NCBI GenBank assembly: GCA_022843945.1
Contig: JALHMR010000007.1
Coordinates: 116,546-180,545, forward strand
DNA: 64,000 nucleotides
Direction of reading: 5' to 3'
DNA from: Rhodospirillaceae bacterium
GTDB taxonomy: Bacteria > Pseudomonadota > Alphaproteobacteria > CACIAM-22H2
Shown here piece by piece: positions 9,132 to 21,493 of this stretch; the first letter of the stretch is position 1, and every line of letters starts with the position of its first letter. A program made the translations under genes and the position numbers. The notes under the pieces are model-generated. The model was not told where the DNA came from. It did no database searches and saw only the letters and a program-made list of their open reading frames with translations.

Positions 9132-9860
9132 GATTGCCGCCAGTTCGGCCGGACCGAGGATGCGGTAGCTGCCCGGCGCCAGGTCGTCGGGCAGCGTCAG
9201 CCGACCGATGCTCTCGCGATGCAGGCCCACCACGCGGTTGCGCACCGCGGCGAACATGCGGCGCACCTGATGATAGCGGCCTTCGGTGATCGTCACGGTG
9301 GCTGTGGTCGGCGACAGGGTTTCCATCGTCGCCGGCAGCAGCGGCTTGTCCTCGCCCTCCAGCATCAGCGTGCCCGAGGCGAAGGCCGCGGCTTCGCCGC
9401 CATGCATCGGCCATTTGAGGGTCACGTGGTAGCGCTTGGGCACGTGGTTCTTGGGCGAGATGATGCGGTGCAGGAGCATGCCGTCATCGGTCAGCAGCAG
9501 CAGGCCCGAGGTTTCCTTGTCCAGCCGGCCGATGGTCGACAGCGCCGGCTCGCGCACCTGCCAGCGCGGCGGAAACAGGCCGAAGACGAGGGGGCCGGCT
9601 TCCTTGCGCGAACAGGTCACGCCCAGCGGCTTGTTCAGCATCAGCGTCAGCCCTGGCGGCGGATCGAGCGGCTCGCCGTCGACCGTCATCCGGCCGGGCA
9701 GGTCGGGCGTGATGGCCAGGCGCTGATCGGCATCCTCGACGACATTTCCGTCGAGCGTGACGAGGCCGTCACGCACCATCTGCTGAACGGCCTTGCGCGC
9801 GCCGTAGCCGAGATTGGCCAGCAGCCGGTCCAGCCGGAGGGTGGTGGGGAGCGCGCTCAC
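9120..9860 (-). CDS. rsuA: RsuA-family rRNA pseudouridine synthase
   Basis: An S4 domain is followed by the catalytic motif GRLDKETSGLLLLTDDG, then YHQVRRMFAAV. Confidence 0.8.
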   Translation of the reverse strand: MSALPTTLRLDRLLANLGYGARKAVQQMVRDGLVTLDGNVVEDADQRLAITPDLPGRMTVDGEPLDPPPGLTLMLNKPLGVTCSRKEAGPLVFGLFPPRWQVREPALSTIGRLDKETSGLLLLTDDGMLLHRIISPKNHVPKRYHVTLKWPMHGGEAAAFASGTLMLEGEDKPLLPATMETLSPTTATVTITEGRYHQVRRMFAAVRNRVVGLHRESIGRLTLPDDLAPGSYRILGPAELAAILPP

Positions 9861-10774
9861 TTGACGGCCTCGTAGATCTTGTAGCCGCCGGCTTCGGCTT
9901 TCAGCTTGATCTGCTTGAACAGGGTTTTCATCACCCCTTCATAGGGCAGATGGCGATTGGCTGTCAGCCAGCAGGTTCCGCCCGCACGCAGGGCTTCGGC
10001 GGCGCGCCGGATGAAATCCTGGCCGAGAGCCTTGTCCTCGGCGCCGCCGTCGTGAAAAGGCGGGTTCATGATCACGAAGTCGAGGCCGTTCGGCGCCAGG
10101 CCGGCATCACGAAGGTCGGCCCAGCGGAGTTCGGCGCGCGGATCGTCGATGTTGCGGCGCGCGGCCTCGATCGCCCGGCGGTCGTTGTCGATCAGCGTCA
10201 GGCGGCGGATCGCCGGCGAGGCCAGCGCGGTGCGCGACAGGACGCCGATGCCGCACCCAAAGTCGGCGCCGTTCCCCGCCAGGGCAGGAAGATGCTGCAG
10301 GAGGAGGGCGCTGCCGGGATCGATCCGGTCCCAGCTGAAGACCCCGGGCTGCGACCACAGGCCGATCTCCGGGACGAGGCGCTGCGCGCCCGCGGCGATA
10401 GCCTCCTCCAGCCCGCTCAGCGCCTTGGGTCTTGGCGTGGTGCATATCCGGTAGTGACGCCGCGCCGTGTCGTCGACCGTGCAGCCGAAGGCGGTCAGTT
10501 CCCGCGCGATCCGCGTGCCGCCCTTGTCCCGGGGCGCCATGACGGTCAGCGGCGCGCCAGGTTCCAGGGCGCGCAAGGCGAGAGCGATGGCATAGCGCCG
10601 CTCCGCCGTCCCCGGGGGCGCCAGCATCGTCATGCCGGCGAGCGTCGCTTCGCCATGCTGCTCCAGCGCGGCCGCTCCGGGCATCAGCGGCGAGAATTGC
10701 AGCGCGGGCGTCGGCGACGGCATGAAGGCCGCCGGCATCGTGCCGTAGACGCCGAGATTTTCCGTTTCGCTCAT
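9857..10774 (-). CDS. Class I SAM-dependent rRNA (guanine-N2) methyltransferase, RsmC-like
   Basis: Carries the NPPFH catalytic motif and a GCGIGVLS SAM-binding motif. Overlaps rsuA by 4 nt. Confidence 0.7.
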   Translation of the reverse strand: MSETENLGVYGTMPAAFMPSPTPALQFSPLMPGAAALEQHGEATLAGMTMLAPPGTAERRYAIALALRALEPGAPLTVMAPRDKGGTRIARELTAFGCTVDDTARRHYRICTTPRPKALSGLEEAIAAGAQRLVPEIGLWSQPGVFSWDRIDPGSALLLQHLPALAGNGADFGCGIGVLSRTALASPAIRRLTLIDNDRRAIEAARRNIDDPRAELRWADLRDAGLAPNGLDFVIMNPPFHDGGAEDKALGQDFIRRAAEALRAGGTCWLTANRHLPYEGVMKTLFKQIKLKAEAGGYKIYEAVK

Positions 10775-10939
10775 GACCCTCGATTTCGCGCCGCGCTGGA
10801 ACTCTGTTAGCTTAATCGAGCTTCGTTGCTGGTGCCGGGAAATCGTTCGCTCTCCAGCGCCGCCCCCTCATTCTCGCCGCTGCTTCTGTTTTCCCATGAC
10901 CCGCTTCGACCAGTTCTCCGGGATTCGTCCCCGGTCGCC

Positions 10940-11836
10940 ATGACGGGGTTGTTCGGCATTGCATCCCGTCGTGGCGCCTATATCGCGCTCGCCTGCCTGT
11001 CGCTGATGTGGGGCCTGAACTGGGCGGCGATGAAGTTCGGGCTGCAATACGCCGATCCGATCATCTTCAACATCGAGCGCACCTGGGTGGCGATCGCCAC
11101 GCTGTTCGGCGTGCTGCTGCTAACGGGCAGGCGTTTCTGGCCCGAGTCCTGGCTCGCCGTCTGTGTCACGGGCTTCTGCCAGACCACGGTCAATTTCGGC
11201 GCTACCGCGATGGCCCTGGCCTCCGGCGGGGCCGGGCGCACGGCCGTGCTGGTGTTCACCATGCCGTTCTGGACCTTGCTGATCGCCTGGCCGGTCCTCG
11301 GCGAGCGGGTGCGCGGCAGCCAGTGGCTGGCCGTGGGCTGCGCGCTCGCCGGGCTGCTGCTCATCGTCGAGCCGTGGGACTGGCAGGGCGACATAGCGCC
11401 GAAACTCTGGGCGACGATTTCGGGATTCGGCTGGGCCGGCGGCACCGTGGCCCAGGCTTACTTCCAGCGCCGCCGCCGGCTGGAAGGCCTCACCTTGATG
11501 ACCTGGCAGATGGTCGTGGGCATCCTGCCGATCACTCTCATTCCGCTTTTCGTGTCGCTGCCGCCGGCCGAGTGGAACACCACCTATCTCGCCTCGATCC
11601 TCTACGCGGGCGTCGTCGCCAGCGGTATCGGCTTCGTCTTGTGGACCGGCATTCTCGCCTGGCTGCCGGCCGGTACCGCGGCCCTCAACATGCTGGTCAT
11701 CCCGGTGATCGCCCTCGTCTCGTCGATGCTGATCTTCGGTGAACGGCTCGATGCGTTGGAATGGGCGGGGATTGCAGCGATCGGCGTGGGTCTCGCCATC
11801 ATCTCGATACGCGCCTGGCGAGCGGCATACCACTGA
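10940..11836 (+). CDS. DMT/EamA-family transporter
   Basis: The ORF is 10826..11836; the internal Met at MTGLFGIASRRGAYIALACLSLMWG is the likely start. About 10 transmembrane helices in duplicated EamA topology. Confidence 0.8.
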   Translation: MTGLFGIASRRGAYIALACLSLMWGLNWAAMKFGLQYADPIIFNIERTWVAIATLFGVLLLTGRRFWPESWLAVCVTGFCQTTVNFGATAMALASGGAGRTAVLVFTMPFWTLLIAWPVLGERVRGSQWLAVGCALAGLLLIVEPWDWQGDIAPKLWATISGFGWAGGTVAQAYFQRRRRLEGLTLMTWQMVVGILPITLIPLFVSLPPAEWNTTYLASILYAGVVASGIGFVLWTGILAWLPAGTAALNMLVIPVIALVSSMLIFGERLDALEWAGIAAIGVGLAIISIRAWRAAYH

Positions 11837-11990
11837 TGCTGCAGTGCCACTTAAAATGCTGCGTTGCAGCGTATTTTCCTGCGACAGCCGCGGTTGCGCG
11901 GCGCGAACCGCGGGCCTAGCATCGTTCCTATCCAAGCGGCAAAGAGAGCCAAAGCGCTCCGTGCCGCAACGCCTACAGAGGGGGACACCC

Positions 11991-13067
11991 GTGTCCAAAC
12001 CGTACAACATTCTTATTCTGGGCGCGTCTTACGGCTCGCTCCTGGCCACCAAGCTTCTCTTCGGCGGACATACGATCCGCCTGGTGTGTCTGCCCGCGGA
12101 GGCTGACGCCATCAACGCCGACGGCGCGCGCGTGCGCCTGCCGGTGCGCGGCCGCCAGGATCTCGTCGAGATCCACACCAAGACGCTGCCGGGCAAGCTC
12201 TCGGCGAGCGGCGCCAACATGGTCAATCCGGGCGACTACGACCTGATCGGTCTCGCCATGCAGGAGCCGCAATATCGTTCGCCGGGTGTGCGCGAGCTGC
12301 TCGAAGCCGTGGCCAAGAGCCGCGTGCCCTGCATGTCGATCATGAACATGCCGCCGCTGCCCTACATGAAGCGCATTCCCGGCCTCGACGCCGACAAGCT
12401 GCGCCACGCCTATACCGACGCGACCGTGTGGGACAGCTTCGATCCCAAGCGACTGACCTTGTGCAGCCCCGATCCGCAGGCTTTCCGTCCGCCGGAAGAC
12501 AAGGTCAACGTGCTGCAGGTCACCCTGCCGACCAATTTCAAGGTCGCGCGCTTCGACGAGGACGGCCCGACCGCCATCCTGCGCGATCTGCAGAACGACG
12601 TCGAAGCCATTCGCTACGACGCGGGTGACGGCAACAAGATCGAGTTGCCGGTGAAACTCAAGCTTCATGATTCGGTGTTCGTGCCGCTCGCCAAGTGGAG
12701 CATGCTGATGACCGGCAACTACCGCTGCGTCACCAAGCAGGGCGCGCGCCCCATCCGCGACGCCGTGCACAGCGACCTCGAGGCCTCGCGCACCATGTAC
12801 AACTGGGTGCGCGACCTGTGCATCGGTCTCGGTGCGGCGCCCGAGGACCTCGTGCCGTTCGAGAAATACGCCGCGGCGGCGCAAGGCCTGGCGCGGCCGT
12901 CCTCGGCGGCGCGGGCACTCTTCGCCGGCGCTCCGAACATCGAGCGTGTCGATCGTCTGGTGCAGGGCATCGCCGCGCAAAAGGGCCTGCGCTCCGCCGT
13001 GCTCGACGAGACGGTGGCGCTGGTCGATGCCCAGCTCCAGGTCAATCGCAGCAAGGCGGCCGCATAG
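11991..13067 (+). CDS. NAD(P)-binding Rossmann-fold protein of unknown function
   Basis: A GTG at 11991 is preceded by a GAGGGGGA RBS. The N-terminus reads ILILGASYGSLLATKLL. The upstream Met-initiated part of ORF 11739 overlaps the DMT gene and looks non-coding. Confidence 0.55.
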   Translation: MSKPYNILILGASYGSLLATKLLFGGHTIRLVCLPAEADAINADGARVRLPVRGRQDLVEIHTKTLPGKLSASGANMVNPGDYDLIGLAMQEPQYRSPGVRELLEAVAKSRVPCMSIMNMPPLPYMKRIPGLDADKLRHAYTDATVWDSFDPKRLTLCSPDPQAFRPPEDKVNVLQVTLPTNFKVARFDEDGPTAILRDLQNDVEAIRYDAGDGNKIELPVKLKLHDSVFVPLAKWSMLMTGNYRCVTKQGARPIRDAVHSDLEASRTMYNWVRDLCIGLGAAPEDLVPFEKYAAAAQGLARPSSAARALFAGAPNIERVDRLVQGIAAQKGLRSAVLDETVALVDAQLQVNRSKAAA

Positions 13068-13077
13068 CGGCGGCCGC

Positions 13078-13200
13078 CTAGCGCTTCTTCGCGACGCGCC
13101 GCTTCGCTTTTTTGATCGGCTTGCCTTTCGGCCACGGCTGGTAGACGTAGCCAGCCGTGGTCGCGCAGGTCGCCTTTCCGGGCAGCGACTTCTTCTTCAT
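13078..13200 (-). CDS. Small (40 aa) lysine-rich ORF translationally coupled to the amidohydrolase (ATGA overlap)
   Basis: MKKKSLPGKATCATTAGYVYQPWPKGKPIKKAKRRVAKKR, which is below the ORF-track length cutoff. Its ATG overlaps the TGA of the upstream gene. Confidence 0.3.
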   Translation of the reverse strand: MKKKSLPGKATCATTAGYVYQPWPKGKPIKKAKRRVAKKR

Positions 13201-14222
13201 TTGGCCTTCTTCTTGAGCAGCTTGTCGAGCCGCGGGAAGACGCGGCGCGCGTTGCCCTCGTAGATCTTCTGCTTGTCGGCGGCGCTGAGCGTCGAGCCCT
13301 CGATGTAGCGCTTGGTGTCGTCGTAGTAGAAGCCGGTCTCGGGATCGACGCCGCGCACCGCCCCCACCATCTCCGAGGCGAAGAGCACGTTCTCCACCGG
13401 GATCACCTTGGTCAGCAGGTCGATGCCCGGCTGGTGATAGACGCAGGTGTCGAAGAACACGTTCTTCAGCAGGTAGTCCTTGAGCAGCGGCTTCTTCATG
13501 TCCTGCGCCAGGCCGCGGTAGCGGCCCCAGTGATAGGGCACGCCGCCGCCGCCATGCGGGATGATGAACTTGAGCGTCGGGAAGTCCTTGAACAGATCGG
13601 CGGTCAGGAACTGCATGAACGCGGTGGTGTCGCCGTTGATGTAATGGGCGCCGGTGGCGTGGAAGTTCGGGTTGCAGGACGTGCTGACATGGACCATGGC
13701 CGGCACCTCGAGCTCGACCATCTTCTCGTAGATCGGATACCAGTAGCGGTCGGTCAGCGGCGGATCGGTCCAGTAGCCGCCCGAGGGATCGGGGTTGAGG
13801 TTGCAGCCGATGAAGCCCAGCTCGTTGACGCAGCGCTCGAGTTCGCGGATCGAGTTCGACGGCGGCACGCCAGGGCTCTGCGGCAGCTGGCAGACGGCGA
13901 CGAAGTTCTCAGGGAAGATCTGGCAGACCCGGTAGATCAGGTCGTTGCAATGGTGCGACCAGTGTTCGCTGGTCGTCGCCGTGCCGACATGGTGCGCCAT
14001 GCCCGAGGCGCGCGGTGAGAAGATCGTCAGGTCGGTGCCGCGCTCGCGCTGGATCTTGAGCTGCGCGCCCTCGATGCTGGTGCGGATCTCGTCGTCGGTG
14101 ATGCGCAGGTCGCCCTTTTCGGGCACGTGCGCCTTGTCCTTGAGGGCGGCGATCTGGGCGTCGCGCCAGTCCTGCAGCTTCTTGGGGGCGGTCGTATAGT
14201 GGCCGTGGCAGTCGATGATCAT
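13197..14222 (-). CDS. Amidohydrolase-2 family protein (ACMSD/LigW-like metal-dependent decarboxylase/hydrolase)
   Basis: An N-terminal metal motif MIIDCHGHY with a GAGGAAAA RBS 9 nt upstream; the alternative start is 14258. The family fold runs through ...HVSTSC...HGGGG. Confidence 0.8.
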   Translation of the reverse strand: MIIDCHGHYTTAPKKLQDWRDAQIAALKDKAHVPEKGDLRITDDEIRTSIEGAQLKIQRERGTDLTIFSPRASGMAHHVGTATTSEHWSHHCNDLIYRVCQIFPENFVAVCQLPQSPGVPPSNSIRELERCVNELGFIGCNLNPDPSGGYWTDPPLTDRYWYPIYEKMVELEVPAMVHVSTSCNPNFHATGAHYINGDTTAFMQFLTADLFKDFPTLKFIIPHGGGGVPYHWGRYRGLAQDMKKPLLKDYLLKNVFFDTCVYHQPGIDLLTKVIPVENVLFASEMVGAVRGVDPETGFYYDDTKRYIEGSTLSAADKQKIYEGNARRVFPRLDKLLKKKAK

Positions 14223-14297
14223 CGCGTTTTCCTCGGGGGTGCTGTCTTCGGCCTGCATGCTAGAGCGGCGGCGGGCGCTCCGCTATAGTCCCGGCGC

Positions 14298-16373
<2,076 letters not shown>

Positions 16374-16378
16374 AGCCG

Positions 16379-16777
16379 ATGCGCGGTCTGGCCCCTCCGG
16401 ACCCGGCAGTCTGGCAGTCGCGGGCCGACTGGTTCTGGCGGGCCCACGACGTCAATGCCGGGCCGCAGCCGCTCGATCTCGATCCCCAGGCCACGGTCCT
16501 GCTTGCCGAGCTCGAGGTCGCCTATTGCGCGGGCGCCTGGGCGGCGGTGGTCATCCTCGCCTGGACGCTGGTCGAGGCCACCTTGCGCCGCACCGAAACC
16601 GGCGAGCGCGAGCCGCCGCCCGATGTCGACTGGTTGCGCGAGCAGCGCAACGGCCTGGTGCATATCGGCAGCGCCGCTGAGGTCCCCGACGAGACCGGGA
16701 TGGAGGCGCTCGCCCAGGGCGCCCTGCGGGTCGCCTTCAAGACTCTCTATGCCGCGGCGTGGGGCGCTTCGCGATGA
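16379..16777 (+). CDS. Hypothetical protein
   Basis: A 132-aa in-frame ORF ([24 protein letters not shown]...) fills the gap between pccA and acyP with coding-like codon bias. I recognise no family. Confidence 0.45.
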   Translation: MRGLAPPDPAVWQSRADWFWRAHDVNAGPQPLDLDPQATVLLAELEVAYCAGAWAAVVILAWTLVEATLRRTETGEREPPPDVDWLREQRNGLVHIGSAAEVPDETGMEALAQGALRVAFKTLYAAAWGASR

Positions 16778-17055
16778 GCGAGGTCGCCGTGCGGGTGATG
16801 ATCCGCGGCCGCGTCCAGGGCGTCTGGTATCGCGGCTGGACCGTCGACCAGGCGACCGCCAGGGCCTTGCGCGGCTGGGTGCGCAACCGCCGTGACGGCG
16901 CGGTCGAGGCGCTGTTCATCGGCCCGCAGGCCAAGGTGGAAGCGATGATTGCCGCCTGCGAGCAGGGGCCGCCGGCGGCGCGCGTCACCCATGTCGAGCG
17001 CTTCGCGGCCGAGGATGGCGGCGAGGCCGGCTTCGCGCAGCTTGCCACGGAGTAG
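16774..17055 (+). CDS. acyP: Acylphosphatase
   Basis: [18 protein letters not shown]...[13 protein letters not shown] is the classic acylphosphatase signature. The start overlaps the upstream stop. Confidence 0.8.
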   Translation: MSEVAVRVMIRGRVQGVWYRGWTVDQATARALRGWVRNRRDGAVEALFIGPQAKVEAMIAACEQGPPAARVTHVERFAAEDGGEAGFAQLATE

Positions 17056-17057
17056 GG

Positions 17058-17816
17058 ATGGACGCTGCCTTCGCCGTCGCCGATGTCGGGCTCTGGGACT
17101 TCGCGCTGGTCGCGGTCATCGCCTTCTGCATGTCGGTGATCGGCGGCCTGTCGGGCTACGGCATCGGCCTCATCCTGCCGGCCTTCCTGGCGCCGGTGGT
17201 CGGCGTGGTCGCCACCATCCCGGTGATGTCGGTGGCCATGATCTTCGCCAATGCCAGCCGCGTCTGGGTCTACCGCCATGCCATGTCGTGGCGCTACGTC
17301 GCGCTGCTGCTGGCCGTCTCGCTGCCCATGGCCCTGATCGGCTCGATCGTCTACACGCATCTCTCCGCCGACACGATCGCCACGGCGCTGGGTGTGTTCA
17401 TGATCATTTCTGTCCCCTTGCGCCGGAAGCTGCAGCGCGGCGGCTTCACCCTGGGGCCCCGCGGCCTGGCCGGCGTGGGCGCGGTCTACGGCCTGCTGGC
17501 CGGCGGCATGAGCGGCAGCGGCCTGTTTATGGCGGCCGGGCTGATGGCGGCGGGCGTCCACGGTGCCGCGCTGATCGCCACCGACGCGGCGGTGTCCACC
17601 GCGATCAACCTGCTCAAGGTCGGCGTGTTCGGCGGCTATTCGATGTACACCGCTGACCTGGTCATCGCCGGCATCGTCATCGGCCTGTGCACCGTCCCCG
17701 GCGCCTTCGTGGCCCGGCGCATCATGGACCGCCTGCCGATCCAGGTGCATATCTGGATCATGGAGGTGCTGATCGTCTGCGGCGGCGCCTCTTTCCTGTG
17801 GAAGGCACTGCGCTAG
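17058..17816 (+). CDS. TauE/SafE-family sulfite/anion exporter
   Basis: Eight transmembrane helices with [14 protein letters not shown] and GGMSGSG motifs. Confidence 0.8.
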   Translation: MDAAFAVADVGLWDFALVAVIAFCMSVIGGLSGYGIGLILPAFLAPVVGVVATIPVMSVAMIFANASRVWVYRHAMSWRYVALLLAVSLPMALIGSIVYTHLSADTIATALGVFMIISVPLRRKLQRGGFTLGPRGLAGVGAVYGLLAGGMSGSGLFMAAGLMAAGVHGAALIATDAAVSTAINLLKVGVFGGYSMYTADLVIAGIVIGLCTVPGAFVARRIMDRLPIQVHIWIMEVLIVCGGASFLWKALR

Positions 17817-18499
17817 AGGCGGAACGCCTCTTCGAAAGTGTCGCGCAGGACCGCATCGACCTCCGGCATCGTGGCGGTGATCCCGAGATCGAGCAGCGAG
17901 GTGACCCCGTAGCGCGGCTCCGAGATGCCGCAGGGCACGATGCCGGCGAAGTGCGACAGGTCGCAATCCACGTTCAGCGCCACGCCGTGATAGGCGATCC
18001 AGTGGCGCACGCGCACGCCCAAGGCGGCGATCTTGTCCTCGCGCCGCCCGCCCTGCGGATGCGGGCCGCGATCGACCCAGATCCCGACCCGTCCCGGCCG
18101 TCGCTCGCCGGTGATGTTGAAGCGGGCGAGGGTGAGGATCATCCACTGCTCGAGCCGGGCGACATAGGCGCGCACATCCGCACCCCGCCGGCGCAGGTCG
18201 ACCATCACGTAACCGATGCGCTGGCCCGGCCCGTGATAGGTGTGCTGGCCGCCGCGGCCGGTGTCATAGACCGGAAAACGCCCGGGATCGCGCAACCCGT
18301 CCGGCTGGGACGAGGTGCCGGCCGTATAGAGGGGCGGGTGTTCCAGGAGCCAGACCAGTTCCGGCGCCTGGCCCGCTCGGATGGCCGCCACCCGGGCTTC
18401 CATCTCCGCCACGGCCTGCGGGTAAGCCACGGGCGTATCGGAAAACCGCCACGCGAGGGCACCCAAGTCTTTGGCAGGAAATGCGCTTTCTGGGCTCAT
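17813..18499 (-). CDS. lipB: Lipoyl(octanoyl) transferase
   Basis: The ORF is 17813..18574; the likely start is the internal Met at [21 protein letters not shown]. LipB motifs [12 protein letters not shown] and [10 protein letters not shown] are present. Confidence 0.85.
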   Translation of the reverse strand: MSPESAFPAKDLGALAWRFSDTPVAYPQAVAEMEARVAAIRAGQAPELVWLLEHPPLYTAGTSSQPDGLRDPGRFPVYDTGRGGQHTYHGPGQRIGYVMVDLRRRGADVRAYVARLEQWMILTLARFNITGERRPGRVGIWVDRGPHPQGGRREDKIAALGVRVRHWIAYHGVALNVDCDLSHFAGIVPCGISEPRYGVTSLLDLGITATMPEVDAVLRDTFEEAFRL

Positions 18500-18606
18500 C
18501 AGGGCTATCCGGGGAGCGGGCTGCCCTTGCAACCCTACCCCCGATTTGCTATGTCCCCCGCTCTGCGAAGGCAAGGCTGCGGCTCCGGTCCGCGGCTTTT
18601 CCCCCA

Positions 18607-18692
18607 GGCGGTCGTGGCGGAATGGTAGACGCGCTAGCTTGAGGTGCTAGTGGGAGAAATCCCGTGGAAGTTCGACTCTTCTCGACCGCACC
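18607..18692 (+). tRNA. tRNA-Leu (anticodon GAG), type II with long variable arm, CCA encoded
   Basis: GCGGTCGTGGCGGAATGGTAGACGCGCTAGCTTGAGGTGCTAGTGGGAGAAATCCCGTGGAAGTTCGACTCTTCTCGACCGCACCA. The acceptor GCGGTCG/CGACCGC and the anticodon stem CTAGC/GCTAG (loop TTGAGGT) both pair. Confidence 0.85.
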
Positions 18693-18752
18693 AACTTATC
18701 TTGCCGGACGGTAACCGGGTTTGAAAGCACCGATGATGAAGGCGGGGCGTCG

Positions 18753-21047
18753 ATGACGGACCAACCGTTGCGTGACGCGGCGCTCGAGTATCATCGCCAG
18801 TCACCGCCGGGCAAGCTGGCGGTCGTCGCCACCAAGCCCCTCAACAACCAGCGCGACCTCTCCCTGGCCTATTCGCCGGGTGTGGCCGCCGCCTGCGAGG
18901 CGATCGCCGCCAACCCAGCCGATGCCGCGCTCTACACCGCCCGCGGCAACCTCGTCGCCGTCATCACCAACGGCACCGCCGTGCTCGGCCTGGGCTCGAT
19001 CGGCCCGCTCGCCGCCAAGCCGGTGATGGAAGGCAAGGCGGTGCTCTTCAAGAAATTCGCCGGTATCGACGTCTTCGATATCGAGGTCGACTGCAAGGAC
19101 GTCGACCGCTTCGTCGACGTGGTTGCCGCGCTCGAGCCGACCTTCGGCGGCATCAACCTCGAGGACATCAAGGCGCCGGAGTGTTTCGAGATCGAGCGCC
19201 GCCTGCGCGAGCGTCTCAAGATCCCGGTCTTCCATGACGACCAGCACGGCACCGCGATCATCGTTGCCGCCGCCATCGTCAACGGGCTGAAGGTGGTCGG
19301 CAAGGAGATCGGCCAGGTCAAGCTGGTCGTCTCGGGAGCGGGGGCCGCGGCACTCGCCTGCCTCGACCTGCTCGTCGACCTCGGCATCAAGCACGACAAT
19401 ATCTGGGTCACCGACATCGAGGGCGTGGTCTACAAGGGCCGCAAGGCGCTGATGGACCCGCGCAAGGAGCGTTACGCCCGCGACACCAACGCCCGCAAGC
19501 TAGCCGAGGTCATCGCCGATGCGGACGTGTTCCTCGGCCTGTCGGCGCCCGGCGTGCTCAAGAAGGACATGGTGGCCAAGATGGCCAAGGCGCCGCTCAT
19601 CCTGGCGCTGGCCAACCCGACGCCAGAGATCCTGCCGGAGGAAGTCAAACAGGTGCGGCCGGACGCGGTGATCGCCACCGGCCGCTCGGACTATCCCAAC
19701 CAGGTCAACAACGTCCTCTGCTTCCCCTTCATCTTCCGCGGGGCGCTCGATGTCGGCGCCACGACGATCAACGAGGCGATGAAGATCGCCTGCGTCAAGG
19801 CGCTCGCGCATCTTGCTCAAGCTGAACCGTCGGACATCGTGGTCCAGGCCTATGGGGGCCAGCCGCCGGCCTTTGGCCCAGAGAATCTGATCCCGCGGCC
19901 CTTCGATCCGCGCCTCATCACCGAACTGGCGCCCGCCGTTGCCAAGGCCGCCATGGACTCCGGCGTGGCCACACGACCGATCAGCGACTTCCGCGCTTAT
20001 CGTCAGAGACTGGGTGATCTGGTCTTCCGCTCCGGCATCACCATGAAGCCGGTCTTCGACCGCGCCAAGCAGGACCCGCGCCGCGTGGTCTATTGCGAGG
20101 GCGAGGAAGAGCGCGTGCTGCAGGCCGTGCAGACGGTGGTCGACGAGGGCATCGCCAAGCCGATCCTTATCGGCCGGCAGGACGTGGTCGCCAGGCGCAT
20201 CCAGCAGCTCGGCCTGCGCCTGCGCCAGGACAAGGACTTCGAGCTGGTCAATCCCGAGAGTGATCCGCGCTATCCCGAATACTGGCGCCTGCTGCATTCG
20301 CTGATGGAGCGGCGCGGCGTGACCCCGGAGCTGGCGCGCGAGCTGACCCGCACGCGCACCACGGTGATCGGCTCGCTGATGCTGCGCCGGGGCGAGGCGG
20401 AGGCCATGCTCTGCGGCACCTCGGGTGCCTACCCGCAGCACCTGCGCAACATCGTCGACATCGTCGGCGCCGATCCCAGCGTGCACGTGCCGGCGGCGCT
20501 GACCATGCTCATCCTCTCGAAGGGCGTCTTCTTCCTCGTCGACACCCACGTCACCCAGGACCCGACGGCCGAGCAGCTGGCCGAGACGACGATCCTTGCC
20601 GCGCGCGAGGTCCGGCGCTTCGGCATCGAGCCCAAGATCGCACTACTCTCTCATTCCAACTTCGGCAGCCGCGACGTGGCCTCGGCCGCCAAGATGCGCG
20701 ACGCGCTGGTCATGCTGCGCAAGCTGGCGCCCGAACTGGAGGTCGACGGCGAGATGCACGGCGATGCCGCCATCAGCGAATCAATCCGCAACCGCATCTT
20801 TCCCAGCTCGCGGCTCAAGGGCACAGCGAACCTGCTGGTCATGCCCACGCTTGACGCCGCCAACATCGCCTTCAACCTGCTCAAGCAGCTCGGTGACGGC
20901 GTCTCGGTCGGGCCGATGCTCCTTGGCCTCGCCCGGCCAGCCCATATCCTCACCTCGTCGGTGACCGTGCGCGGCATCGTCAATATGAGCGCGCTCGCCG
21001 TGGTCGATGCCCAGGTCCATGCCGCGGCGCAGCCCCCGGCCGGGTAA
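18753..21047 (+). CDS. maeB: NADP-dependent malic enzyme (malic enzyme + phosphotransacetylase-like domain)
   Basis: 764 aa. The malic-enzyme N-domain ([22 protein letters not shown]) is followed by a PTA-like C-domain. Confidence 0.9.
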   Translation: MTDQPLRDAALEYHRQSPPGKLAVVATKPLNNQRDLSLAYSPGVAAACEAIAANPADAALYTARGNLVAVITNGTAVLGLGSIGPLAAKPVMEGKAVLFKKFAGIDVFDIEVDCKDVDRFVDVVAALEPTFGGINLEDIKAPECFEIERRLRERLKIPVFHDDQHGTAIIVAAAIVNGLKVVGKEIGQVKLVVSGAGAAALACLDLLVDLGIKHDNIWVTDIEGVVYKGRKALMDPRKERYARDTNARKLAEVIADADVFLGLSAPGVLKKDMVAKMAKAPLILALANPTPEILPEEVKQVRPDAVIATGRSDYPNQVNNVLCFPFIFRGALDVGATTINEAMKIACVKALAHLAQAEPSDIVVQAYGGQPPAFGPENLIPRPFDPRLITELAPAVAKAAMDSGVATRPISDFRAYRQRLGDLVFRSGITMKPVFDRAKQDPRRVVYCEGEEERVLQAVQTVVDEGIAKPILIGRQDVVARRIQQLGLRLRQDKDFELVNPESDPRYPEYWRLLHSLMERRGVTPELARELTRTRTTVIGSLMLRRGEAEAMLCGTSGAYPQHLRNIVDIVGADPSVHVPAALTMLILSKGVFFLVDTHVTQDPTAEQLAETTILAAREVRRFGIEPKIALLSHSNFGSRDVASAAKMRDALVMLRKLAPELEVDGEMHGDAAISESIRNRIFPSSRLKGTANLLVMPTLDAANIAFNLLKQLGDGVSVGPMLLGLARPAHILTSSVTVRGIVNMSALAVVDAQVHAAAQPPAG

Positions 21048-21057
21048 GGGCGAGACG

Positions 21058-21447
21058 GTGGCGGCGACGTACGGCATCGCCGACCTCGCGCGCGAGTTCG
21101 ATGTCACGACGCGCACCCTGCGCTTCTACGAGGACGAGGGCCTGATCGCGCCCGAGCGCCAGGGCCAGAAGCGCATCTTCTCCGCGCGCGACCGCGTGCG
21201 CCTCAAGCTCATCCTGCGCGGCAAGCGGCTCGGCTTCTCCATCGGAGAGATCCGCGAAATCATCAATCTCTACGACGCGCCGCCGGGCGAGGTCGGGCAG
21301 ATCCGCTTCTTCCTCGACAAGATCCGTGAGCGGCGTGCCGCCCTGGAGCGCCAGCGCGACGATATCGCCGCCACGCTCGATGAGCTGGCCGATGTCGAGG
21401 CCCGCTGTACCACCCAGCTGCGCGACCTCGGTAAGCGCCACAGTTGA
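21058..21447 (+). CDS. liuR: MerR-family transcriptional regulator, putative LiuR
   Basis: The MerR HTH is IADLAREFDVTTRTLRFYEDEGLI and a GTG start lies just after the maeB stop. It sits directly upstream of the liu operon. Confidence 0.7.
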   Translation: MAATYGIADLAREFDVTTRTLRFYEDEGLIAPERQGQKRIFSARDRVRLKLILRGKRLGFSIGEIREIINLYDAPPGEVGQIRFFLDKIRERRAALERQRDDIAATLDELADVEARCTTQLRDLGKRHS

Positions 21448-21465
21448 CGTTTACGTAAACGTAAA
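21445..21465. promoter_or_regulatory. Perfect 16-bp palindrome ACGTTTACGTAAACGT overlapping the liuR stop, candidate LiuR operator for the downstream operon
   Basis: Read directly as TTGACGTTTACGTAAACGTAAAG in the 46-bp gap before the first thioesterase gene. It is an AT-rich island in GC-rich DNA. Confidence 0.45.
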
Positions 21466-21493
21466 GTATAGTCCGGATATCCTGGAGAGAGGA

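Noticed and set aside
10775-10939. Inverted repeat CTCGATT...AATCGAG (29-nt spacer) between rsmC-like and the DMT gene
   Set aside because: The arms are short and the spacer long, so it falls within chance expectation for a 165-bp GC-rich spacer.
18575-18752. Searched the surroundings of tRNA-Leu and tRNA-Lys (48033-48310) for integrase, attachment-site repeats or IS elements
   Set aside because: I found no integrase or transposase-like ORFs and no obvious direct repeat of the tRNA 3' ends within the window. The island hypothesis therefore rests on gene content and GC alone.
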